DNA from: Synechococcus sp.
GTDB lineage: Bacteria > Cyanobacteriota > Cyanobacteriia > Thermostichales > PCC-7336
Direction of reading: 5' to 3'
Length of the DNA stretch: 14,973 nucleotides
Assembly: GCA_051439425.1 (NCBI GenBank)
Contig: JBFRWD010000087.1
Coordinates: forward strand, 1 to 14,973
Shown here in pieces: positions 7,697-14,973 of this stretch. Below the pieces are notes generated by a model that saw only the letters and a list, made by a program, of their open reading frames with translations, made no database searches and was not told the origin of the DNA. The position numbers and the translations under genes are program-made. Every line of letters starts with the position of its first letter. The stretch's first letter is position 1.

Positions 7697-8674
7697 ATGG
7701 CTTGGACACGAACAAAAAGTGCATTGGTGTGTGCTGTCTCAATCTGTTTATTGTCTGTTGACGGTTTTTACTCACCGGGATCGGCCCAGAACAAGACATC
7801 TATTGTTGCTGGCAGCCAGCCTTACTCGGTTAAATCCGCTGGAGAGAATCGCCTGAAGTCTGTTGATGGAGACGTTGACGAAGAATCGATTCTCTCACCT
7901 GAGGACATGACTGTGTTTCAGTCAGTGTCTCAATACGCAACTGAACGCAATCTACAGAATGAGGCTCTTGGTGATTCAATCCAGTCGTTAGCCGAATATT
8001 TTCTGGGGTTACCGTATCGGGGATATCAGCTAGACCAAAGCGATCGCGAGATTCTTTCCGTTAATTTGCGGACCTTTGACTGTGTCATCTTCGTCGAAAC
8101 CATGTTGGCTCTGGCACGTAACTTCGCAGTGCAAGACTACTCAGTACCGAACTTCTTGGAGGGGATGCAGGCCCAGAGATATCGAAATGGCGAAATTGAT
8201 GGGTATTGCAGTCGACTGCATTACTTTACGGACTGGATTGGGGAAAACGAGCGCCAGGGACGAATCCGTAACATCACCGGCCAGTTAGGGGGGATATCTG
8301 TTGAAAAACAGCTTGATTTTATGACTTCCCATCGAGAGGCATACCCACAACTGATAGATAACGACGAAAATTATCGCTGTATTGCAGAGATGGAGGCGGC
8401 ACTCTCTCCTACTGAGCTAACCTATATTCCAATCGCAGAGATTCGAGAAATATACAGCGAATTACGGGCTGGAGACATTGTGGCGATCGCCACCTCAACT
8501 TATGGCTTGGATGTCAGTCACACCAGCTTTATCCACATCTCTGAGGATGGCAATGTGGGAGTCATTCACTCGGATATCTATGGGGTTAAAGTAGAGCCCG
8601 ATTTGCAGCAGTTTCTTGAAAGTGCCCCCAATGCAATCGGCGCGATTATTGCACGGCCTAACAGTTTGTCTTAG
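7697..8674 (+). CDS. DUF1460 N-acetylmuramoyl-L-alanine amidase-like protein (NlpC/P60 superfamily), probably exported
   Basis: N-terminal hydrophobic signal, FLGLPY, FDCVIFVE (catalytic Cys), RYRNG, RLHYFTDW, FMTSHR, GDIVAI, and GLDVSH (catalytic His). Confidence 0.88.
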   Translation: MAWTRTKSALVCAVSICLLSVDGFYSPGSAQNKTSIVAGSQPYSVKSAGENRLKSVDGDVDEESILSPEDMTVFQSVSQYATERNLQNEALGDSIQSLAEYFLGLPYRGYQLDQSDREILSVNLRTFDCVIFVETMLALARNFAVQDYSVPNFLEGMQAQRYRNGEIDGYCSRLHYFTDWIGENERQGRIRNITGQLGGISVEKQLDFMTSHREAYPQLIDNDENYRCIAEMEAALSPTELTYIPIAEIREIYSELRAGDIVAIATSTYGLDVSHTSFIHISEDGNVGVIHSDIYGVKVEPDLQQFLESAPNAIGAIIARPNSLS

Positions 8675-8676
8675 CG

Positions 8677-11600
8677 TTAGCACAGCTCCACAGTCCCCCG
8701 ATCTCCGTTCACTCTCACCCGTTGTCCGTCTTTCAGCCGCACCATCGCTTGCTCCACATTCATGACGGCAGGAATGTTGTATTCACGAGCCACAATCGCC
8801 CCATGAGACAGCTGGCCACCCACTTCCGAAATGATGGCCACCGCGTTTACCAGTAGGGGGGCCCAACCGGCATCGGTGTAAGGAACGACCACAATGGTAC
8901 CGGGTTCAAATGTATCGAATTTTAACTGACGACAGACTTTGACAGTGCCCTCCACGCATCCACCGCTTGCGGGAATACCAGACATCAGCCCCTCGGTACC
9001 TAAGCTGCTATTGACGAATGAGAGAGGATCGGAAGAGCGAGTCTCGGCTGGGGGCAGCCGGTTGCCGTAGACCACAGTGGGAATTTGGCGTTCCCGATCG
9101 CGATGGAGCTGCTGTCGGCGTTCTAAAACCATTGGTTGAAGGCGTTCCGGTGCGAGCATGCCACCTACCCATTCTTTAATCTCGCCCAAACGCAAGAAAA
9201 AGATATCCCCTTCCTGATGCAAGACAGACTCTGTAATTCCTCGACGCTCTAGCTCGACAAATGTCCAGCGTAGATGAGCCAGTAATTTTCCATATACCTC
9301 GTCAATGGACGCTTGTACGCTTGCACGCTCTCGACATTGGTTGGACCGCCATTGTTGCAGTGCATTTTTAGGTCGAGAAGCTTGTTGAGGAGCGTTTTCA
9401 GGCTGTTGGGCGAAAGTCTGAAACAAAGAAAAAATCGTGTCGGGAAGTTCGCTCCAGGTGGGGACGGCAATATCCGTTCCCGCTTCGCTCAGATATCCGT
9501 AGCGATCCAGCCAATCATTGAATTGGGATTTTAGCTGGGGATGTTCGGACATCATTGTCTCAATATCCTCATTGCGACTAGCCAAATAACTGTCGCTGTT
9601 CCCAGTACCCACCTCAGCGGTTCCAAGCTGGTTAGAAAGGGTGCTGCTGCGGTACTGAGCGGCTATCTGAGCCAAGTCGCGCAGGGCCGCCAACTCTGGA
9701 GCGGTGGTATCATCTAGCCAACTTTCCGATACCTTAAAAAGTGACTTGCGAATTGCCAATCCGATCGGCCCCAGGATGTTGTAGTAGGTCGCTGGGATCA
9801 GCGTTTCGCGAATGAAATCAACTCGATCGAGCAACTGTACCGGGCTCAGCGAGTCAAGAGAGGTGGATTCCAAACGAGCGATCGCCGGTTTGAATAGCTC
9901 GTCGAAATCTCGATAGAACTCCTCAGGGAGTCTTCCTTCTTTTTGCTTGAGTCTTAGCAGGCCAGATAGATTGCGCAGCGTACTGGCTAACGGAGGGCGT
10001 CCCATTTTTTGCCCCCGCAATAAAAACTCCAACCCCTGTTCGGGCAGCCCCATACGACTGAAAATCTCCCCCAACAAGGTGGCATTGAAATAGGCATGCG
10101 ATCCGAGTAGCGTTGCTGTTTGAGAAAAGTCTAAGTCGGTGGCTCGTTGACCTAACACTGCTGAAAAAATAGTTCCCCATACCCCACAGGTGAGTGGTTG
10201 ATTGACGGACCAAGTCAGCGGATGGATGGCACCGGGGATCACTTCTGCGGCAATGGTTCGCGTCCACACCGGTTGTAAGGTGGAAATTGGACGGCTCTGA
10301 ACGATCCAAATCTGCTCTCCATCCCAAATCCATTCCAAATCTTGCGGAATTCCATCAAATAGAGTTTCGATTTGCAACACTAATTCAGCCAGTTGGCGCA
10401 ATACATTCGCTGGCAGGAGGACGGAAGCTACATGGCGATCGCCCATTGAAAGCAAATCTCTCAAATTGGCCTCGCTCCAATCTTGCTGGATTCGGGATAA
10501 TTCCCAATGGAGCGGAGTCTGCGTCCCGCCGACAACTGCTTCTGCCCCTCCGGGCAGTGCTTCAATCACAATGCGATCTAACCCGTGTATCGGGTGGCGG
10601 CTAAAAGCCACCCCCGACACCTGACCCTCCACGTAATGCTGCAGCAAGATGGACATTCCGGCATCAGTTAATCCACGTCCTTTGCGATAAGCGACAGCGC
10701 TACCATCCCCATAAGAATCACGGCAGACTTCAACGGCTGCCATGAGTTCGCTCCCGGAGCGCACGGGGCCAACCGTCCGGTATTGACCTGCTGCAGAGCT
10801 ACTATCCCCGTCTTCTCCGATGGCCGACGATCGCACCATCAGTGGATGGGCATCACTGGGGTTCACTTGCTTGATGACATTTGGGTCAATCTCGCTACTG
10901 ACTGGGAGACCCCATCCCTGTGGAACCTGAATGCCGTGACGTTTTAACTGAGCGAGTCGTGCCGCTTTGGCACCATATTGCTTAGGGTCAAGGGGGCGAT
11001 CGAGTGAAACTAAAGCCATCGCGTCATCCCTCTGCTGCAAATCAATCCACACCAACAATCCCACCAAGCCAAGAGCTACCCAGCGTTCCGCAAGGGTTTT
11101 TTCCAAAACGGCGACCCACAATGCTCCGCTGGCGCAACCAATTCGGGCCGACCATCTCCGGGCTGAACTTTTCTGGGCTGAACTTCGCAGAGCTGACCAT
11201 CTATTGTTCGACTCTGTATAAATTCCACTGTTCCTGACTGTTCCATCTGTTGGAGATACTTGAAGACTATGAATCAAAGCCTTAGCAACCCCCAATGTCG
11301 CCAATCCGGTTAGAGCTGACAACAGGACCGCTGCCGGAGAGTAAACCAATACGCCCCATGACACATTTGTTACTCCTCCACCCTTGGCGATCACGTAACG
11401 CCCCACCACTAATGGAATCAATACCCCCAGATGTGTTGCTGGCCAATCAGGTAGTAGCCACAGCGCAACGAAAACCGGCGCAACGCCACGAACAATTTCG
11501 GCCCCCACAACAGCAACCCCAATCGCAGGCCCCATCTGTTTAAAGGTGGCTGCTACGCTGATATTCCCCGTCCCTACTTCCCTCAAATCCTCGCCAGTCA

Positions 11601-11697
11601 GAGTGCGAACAATCCACAACGGTAATGGCAAGCAACCCAGCCCAAAAGATGTTAGGGCTAACGCTGCGCTCGTTAGCCATCCACTCAATTCCTGCAT
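8677..11697 (-). CDS. Fusion of a PlsY-like glycerol-3-phosphate acyltransferase membrane domain, a PPDK_N ATP-grasp domain, a central domain and a C-terminal phospho-His swivel domain
   Basis: First ~226 aa are hydrophobic with DLREVGTGNISV and KGGGVTN. Then GAKAARL, VRSSAIGEDG-SSAAGQY, SGVAFSRHP, PQDLEW-WIVQSRPI, and C-terminal TDAGWAPLL-EVGGQLSHGAIVAREYNIPAV. Confidence 0.88.
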   Translation of the reverse strand: MQELSGWLTSAALALTSFGLGCLPLPLWIVRTLTGEDLREVGTGNISVAATFKQMGPAIGVAVVGAEIVRGVAPVFVALWLLPDWPATHLGVLIPLVVGRYVIAKGGGVTNVSWGVLVYSPAAVLLSALTGLATLGVAKALIHSLQVSPTDGTVRNSGIYTESNNRWSALRSSAQKSSARRWSARIGCASGALWVAVLEKTLAERWVALGLVGLLVWIDLQQRDDAMALVSLDRPLDPKQYGAKAARLAQLKRHGIQVPQGWGLPVSSEIDPNVIKQVNPSDAHPLMVRSSAIGEDGDSSSAAGQYRTVGPVRSGSELMAAVEVCRDSYGDGSAVAYRKGRGLTDAGMSILLQHYVEGQVSGVAFSRHPIHGLDRIVIEALPGGAEAVVGGTQTPLHWELSRIQQDWSEANLRDLLSMGDRHVASVLLPANVLRQLAELVLQIETLFDGIPQDLEWIWDGEQIWIVQSRPISTLQPVWTRTIAAEVIPGAIHPLTWSVNQPLTCGVWGTIFSAVLGQRATDLDFSQTATLLGSHAYFNATLLGEIFSRMGLPEQGLEFLLRGQKMGRPPLASTLRNLSGLLRLKQKEGRLPEEFYRDFDELFKPAIARLESTSLDSLSPVQLLDRVDFIRETLIPATYYNILGPIGLAIRKSLFKVSESWLDDTTAPELAALRDLAQIAAQYRSSTLSNQLGTAEVGTGNSDSYLASRNEDIETMMSEHPQLKSQFNDWLDRYGYLSEAGTDIAVPTWSELPDTIFSLFQTFAQQPENAPQQASRPKNALQQWRSNQCRERASVQASIDEVYGKLLAHLRWTFVELERRGITESVLHQEGDIFFLRLGEIKEWVGGMLAPERLQPMVLERRQQLHRDRERQIPTVVYGNRLPPAETRSSDPLSFVNSSLGTEGLMSGIPASGGCVEGTVKVCRQLKFDTFEPGTIVVVPYTDAGWAPLLVNAVAIISEVGGQLSHGAIVAREYNIPAVMNVEQAMVRLKDGQRVRVNGDRGTVELC
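11145..11204. repeat. Four degenerate 15-bp tandem units inside the fusion CDS
   Basis: GGGCCGACCATCTCC, GGGCTGAACTTTTCT, GGGCTGAACTTCGCA, GAGCTGACCATCTAT. On the minus strand they encode NRWSA-LRSSA-QKSSA-RRWSA. Confidence 0.7.
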
Positions 11698-11808
11698 GCC
11701 ATAGCCGCCAACTCATGGCCTCATTGTGATTGCAAGCTCGCGAGAGAACCAGCCGTGCGATACTGGCTAAAAGGAAACCTTAACAAAGTCAGGATTGGTG
11801 AACCGATT

Positions 11809-11973
11809 ATGATGTTTGGCGATATCCCAGCAGCTCCCATCATCCTAGGCATTGTGGGATTTGTGGCTGCGATTTCCTTGGGCTCCATTGCTTGGTATAA
11901 CTCCAAGCGTCCTGCAGGTTGGGAGAATGCCGAGCGTCCCAATTACATTCCCAAAGTCAATGACGACGAGTAA
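11809..11973 (+). CDS. psb35: Photosystem II assembly protein Psb35
   Basis: One TM helix followed by the family signature GFVAAISLGSIAWYNSKRPAGWENAERP. ATG at 11809 or 11812. Confidence 0.8.
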   Translation: MMFGDIPAAPIILGIVGFVAAISLGSIAWYNSKRPAGWENAERPNYIPKVNDDE

Positions 11974-12164
11974 TTGCCAGAGTCGAGCCGATATGCCCGA
12001 TAGGGGTGAGATATGTTCTCGACAATCGCAGTCTGAGTGCTCTTCCCATGAGTGGATTGACCAACAATCCTGAGAGGTGCCAGCAGTTATCGCTTTTGTT
12101 GAGTTGCGTTGTTTGAGGACGTTTTGCAGTAAGCTTGTAAGGCTGTACTGGAATTGTCCGCACA

Positions 12165-12374
12165 ATGCACAATCCCTCCCTGCAAGAGCAACCCCTTGGC
12201 ATGAGAGCCCCAACTGTTCCCTCTAACGACACCATGTCAATTCTGGATTGGTTGCGCTCTGAGGGAAGACTGATTGAATCTAAGACTCCCGTCGTCGAGG
12301 AAGAGCGACCTCAGGAAGAGGACATCAGCGTATTGTTGGGAGAAGAAGAGAAGTACGACGACGATGACGACTAG
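12165..12374 (+). CDS. DUF3134 family small cyanobacterial protein
   Basis: NPSL-EQP, SILDWL---GRL and an acidic tail, as recalled for DUF3134. Confidence 0.78.
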   Translation: MHNPSLQEQPLGMRAPTVPSNDTMSILDWLRSEGRLIESKTPVVEEERPQEEDISVLLGEEEKYDDDDD

Positions 12375-12456
12375 GTTATACGCTTAAGCTTTAGTTTCCG
12401 ATCGGTCTCGTACCGTTAACGATTTAGTCTGCGATCTCAGGCTTCAGTAATTATCA

Positions 12457-12484
12457 AAAGCCTCTAGTATGTGCTGGGGGCTTT
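12457..12484 (+). terminator. Probable intrinsic terminator after DUF3134
   Basis: 12-bp stem AAAGCCTCTAGT / GCTGGGGGCTTT with G-U pairs and an ATGT loop. The U-tract is weak (TTTCGTAT). Confidence 0.6.
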
Positions 12485-12569
12485 CGTATGTTGGGAGGAA
12501 ACCGCCCCCAAATAGCTCAACTTGGCCCACACAAGCCCACTTTTTCGTGTCAAGATGTTTAAAGTCCAG

Positions 12570-12585
12570 TATTCCGATCGGAATA
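12570..12585. promoter_or_regulatory. Perfect 16-bp palindrome TATTCCGATCGGAATA, candidate operator
   Basis: Exactly self-complementary, ending 9 nt before the JAB gene ATG at 12595. Confidence 0.5.
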
Positions 12586-12594
12586 GGCGGGTTT

Positions 12595-13134
12595 ATGACG
12601 TTGCACCTCACCCTAAATCATCAGACGCAGATTCGCTCCCATGGCGAGAGCTCGTTTCCACAGGAGTGTTGCGGCCTACTACTCGGTGACATTGAACTCA
12701 GAGAGGGGCAGGAGCACAAGATCGTTAAAGGTTTGTGGTCGGTGGACAACACTTGGGATTCGGCCGAGAATCCTGTTGATGACGGTGAGTCGATCAATCG
12801 CCGCTTTTTGATCGAGCCGGCTGATTTTAAGCGCGGCTACGATGAGGCTCGCAAGCAAGGGCTTGGAATTATCGGTACTTACCACTCTCACCCCAATCAT
12901 CCCGCTATCCCGTCAGAGTTCGATCGCCAACATGCATTTCCTTGGGGCTATTCCTGCGTCATTGTCAGTGTTAAAGACGGTTCTGCTGCAAACCTGCGCA
13001 GCTGGGTGTTGGATGAGAGCGATCGCTGTGTTGAGCAGGTTATTTGGGTTCAACTGGAGAGTGATGTGACTGACTCTAAATCCTCCCAGATGTCCGCTGA
13101 AGCGACTGACACCAGCCAACCTGTGGGTGTTTAA
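12595..13134 (+). CDS. JAB/MPN (Mov34, M67) zinc metallopeptidase, Mec/QbsD-like
   Basis: FPQECCGLLLG (catalytic Glu) and the JAMM motif YHSHPNHPAIPSEFD. ATG at 12595 is preferred over 12469. Confidence 0.92.
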   Translation: MTLHLTLNHQTQIRSHGESSFPQECCGLLLGDIELREGQEHKIVKGLWSVDNTWDSAENPVDDGESINRRFLIEPADFKRGYDEARKQGLGIIGTYHSHPNHPAIPSEFDRQHAFPWGYSCVIVSVKDGSAANLRSWVLDESDRCVEQVIWVQLESDVTDSKSSQMSAEATDTSQPVGV

Positions 13135-13252
13135 TGCAGTGCTTGGGGATATGACCCACCGCTCAACTTCTGATTTTGGGACCAAAACTGTTTACTCTTA
13201 AAGAGTTCGACAAACGTTTGCACATTACCTTCGCGATCGACCGATTCCTATC

Positions 13253-13534
13253 ATGGCTGTAAAAGTTCTGATTCCAACACCGCTGCGTGCCTATACTGGC
13301 AATCAAGACAGTGTAGACCTCGACGGCAATACCGTTGGAGAAATTCTCGATAATCTCACCAATACTTACTCCGATCTAAAGCGCCATCTGTATAACGAGA
13401 ACGGCGAGTTGCGGAATTTCGTCAATGTGTACTTGGGTGATGAGGATATTCGACATCTAGAGCAAGGGAAATCCACCCCTGTCACTGGAGATGAAACTAT
13501 CAGTATCGTTCCTTCCATTGCGGGAGGTTGCTAA
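13253..13534 (+). CDS. MoaD/ThiS/CysO-family ubiquitin-like sulfur carrier ending in Gly-Gly-Cys
   Basis: MAVKVLIPTPLR, TVGEIL, FVNVYL-DEDIR, and the C-terminus ISIVPSIAGGC. Confidence 0.93.
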   Translation: MAVKVLIPTPLRAYTGNQDSVDLDGNTVGEILDNLTNTYSDLKRHLYNENGELRNFVNVYLGDEDIRHLEQGKSTPVTGDETISIVPSIAGGC

Positions 13535-13537
13535 CTC

Positions 13538-14704
13538 ATGTTGAACGACACATCAAGTATCGAGCTATCTCGGGATGAGATGGAGCGATTTTCGCGCCAT
13601 TTGATCCTGCCCGAGGTCGGCCTCGAAGGACAGAAAAAACTCAAGGCTGCCAGCGTTTTATGCATCGGTAGCGGCGGTTTGGGCTCTCCCCTGCTGCTTT
13701 ACCTGGCCGCGGCTGGGATCGGTCGATTAGGTCTGGTTGATTTCGATGTAGTTGATTCGTCCAACCTACAGCGTCAGATCATTCACGGCACCTCATGGGT
13801 GGGTAAGCCCAAGATTCAATCTGCGAAAGATCGCATTTTGGAGATCAACCCCTATTGCCAGGTGGATCTGTATGAAACCCGTCTGGAAGCCAGTAACGCT
13901 CTGGATATTTTTGCGGACTACGACATCGTCGTAGACGGCACCGATAACTTCCCTACTCGCTATCTGGTGAACGACGCCTGCGTGCTCACCGGCAAACCGA
14001 ATGTATACGGGTCCATCTTCCGCTTTGAGGGGCAAGCCACTGTCTTCAACTACGAAGGTGGCCCCAACTATCGCGATCTCTATCCCGAACCCCCGCCCCC
14101 CGGTCTGGTACCCTCTTGTGCTGAAGGCGGCGTATTGGGAATTCTCCCCGGCCTTATTGGTGTAATTCAAGCCACCGAAACAGTCAAAATCATCTTGGGT
14201 GAAGGGATGACGCTCAGCGGTCGATTGTTGCTGTACGATTCCTTGAACATGAAGTTTCGGGAACTAAAGCTGCGCAAGAGCCCCGCGACACCTCCAATTA
14301 CCGAGCTGATTGATTACGAACAGTTTTGCGGAATTCCCCAAGCGGCAGCTGCAGATGCTGAAGGGAGTGACGAAATTCCCGAACTAGATGTATCCGATTT
14401 GAAATCGCGGATGGATGCAGGCAAGGACTTTGTCTTGATCGACGTTCGCAACCCTCACGAATACGACATCTGCAGTATCGAAGGGGCGGAGTTAATTCCA
14501 CTGTCCGATATCGAGAGTGGTGACGGGGTCGATCGCGTTCGGGAGCTGACTAACGGTTCCGAGCTGATCGTGCATTGCAAGAGCGGTATGCGATCGATGA
14601 AGGCTCTGAAGGCGCTGCAAAGTGCAGGAATTAAAGGTAAAAATCTCAAGGGTGGCATCCTGGCCTGGGGAGATGCATACGACCCAACGATTCCTCGCTA
14701 CTAG
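13538..14704 (+). CDS. moeB: MoeB/MoeZ-type E1-like adenylyltransferase with C-terminal rhodanese domain
   Basis: RFSRHLILPEVG, GSGGLGS, DFDVVDSSNLQRQ, DGTDNFPTRYL, PSCAEGGVLG. Rhodanese motifs LIDVR, HCKSGMRS and LKGGILAW. Confidence 0.95.
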   Translation: MLNDTSSIELSRDEMERFSRHLILPEVGLEGQKKLKAASVLCIGSGGLGSPLLLYLAAAGIGRLGLVDFDVVDSSNLQRQIIHGTSWVGKPKIQSAKDRILEINPYCQVDLYETRLEASNALDIFADYDIVVDGTDNFPTRYLVNDACVLTGKPNVYGSIFRFEGQATVFNYEGGPNYRDLYPEPPPPGLVPSCAEGGVLGILPGLIGVIQATETVKIILGEGMTLSGRLLLYDSLNMKFRELKLRKSPATPPITELIDYEQFCGIPQAAAADAEGSDEIPELDVSDLKSRMDAGKDFVLIDVRNPHEYDICSIEGAELIPLSDIESGDGVDRVRELTNGSELIVHCKSGMRSMKALKALQSAGIKGKNLKGGILAWGDAYDPTIPRY

Positions 14705-14787
14705 CCTCTAATTGCTACTTTCCTCTAATTGGTATTCATAGCGGGCATTACAGCTTAGTTGCCGGCAGCGTCTACAACCGATCTCGA

Positions 14788-14828
14788 AACTCCAGTCTTA
14801 AATTTTCAGGGCTGGAGTTCGTTCTTTT
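14788..14828 (+). terminator. Probable intrinsic terminator of the JAB-Ubl-moeB cluster
   Basis: 12-bp stem AACTCCAGTCTT / AGGGCTGGAGTT followed by CGTTCTTTT. Confidence 0.65.
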
Positions 14829-14846
14829 GGTAATTATTTTCAAAGT

Positions 14847-14973
14847 TATTGCAAACGAATAGGCAGTTAGGACATATTGGTTGGATTGATGAGTGCCATC
14901 TCGCTTATGCCAGCCGCCTACAGCATGGACCTACGCCTGAAAGTCCTCAAAGCAATCGAACGAGGAGAAAAGA
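14847..14973 (+). mobile_element. Left end of an IS630-family element, running off the window
   Basis: TATTGCAAACGAATAGGCAGTTAGGACAT (14847-14875) resembles TATAGC...GTTAGGACA ends recalled for cyanobacterial IS630 elements. A transposase-like start follows. Confidence 0.7.
14907..14973 (+). CDS. IS630-family transposase N-terminus (partial)
   Basis: MPAAYSMDLRLKVLKAIERGEK carries the YS-DLR-KV helix-turn-helix start typical of IS630 transposases. Confidence 0.8.
   Translation, partial: MPAAYSMDLRLKVLKAIERGEK

Noticed and set aside
8677..11019. PEP synthase or pyruvate phosphate dikinase (ppsA/ppdK)
   Set aside because: The His domain is C-terminal and there is no pyruvate-binding barrel after it.
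12469..12594. N-terminal extension of the JAB ORF (likewise 2078-2158, 11755-11808 and 235-261 for other genes)
   Set aside because: The extension runs through a terminator and the candidate operator. In each case family similarity or the signal peptide begins at the later start.
13174..13219. Short palindromes between the JAB and Ubl genes (TTTTGGGACCAAAA, ACTCTTAAAGAGT, CAAACGTTTG)
   Set aside because: They are short, AT-rich and unrelated to each other, which is compatible with chance.
12595..14704. Anti-phage ubiquitin-like system (CBASS Cap2/Cap3 or Bil type)
   Set aside because: There is no E2, CD-NTase or effector gene. The E1 carries a rhodanese domain and the Ubl is MoaD/CysO-like, which points to sulfur transfer.

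Overview
A cyanobacterial chromosomal window, judged by nine perfect HIP1 GCGATCGC octamers and Psb35-, DUF3134- and CSP41-like genes. In order: the 3' end of an unknown CDS; a ZIP metal transporter; a VKOR-thioredoxin disulfide-formation fusion; a secreted protein with two 56-aa Trp/Tyr/Cys-rich repeats; a CSP41-like atypical SDR; a decayed ISKra4-type transposase end; a type II NADH dehydrogenase with terminator; a GT4 glycosyltransferase; a DUF1460 amidase-like protein; a minus-strand 1006-aa fusion of a PlsY-like membrane domain to a rifampin-phosphotransferase-type dikinase; Psb35; DUF3134; a JAB peptidase / ubiquitin-like sulfur carrier / MoeB-rhodanese cluster; and the left end of an IS630 element. 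The most interesting items are the PlsY-dikinase fusion, the JAB-Ubl-E1 cluster (Gly-Gly masked by an encoded Cys, Ubl in frame with E1, a perfect palindrome upstream, no sulfur-acceptor enzyme in the window) and the secreted repeat protein. Family calls come from motif recognition only; no database searches were run.
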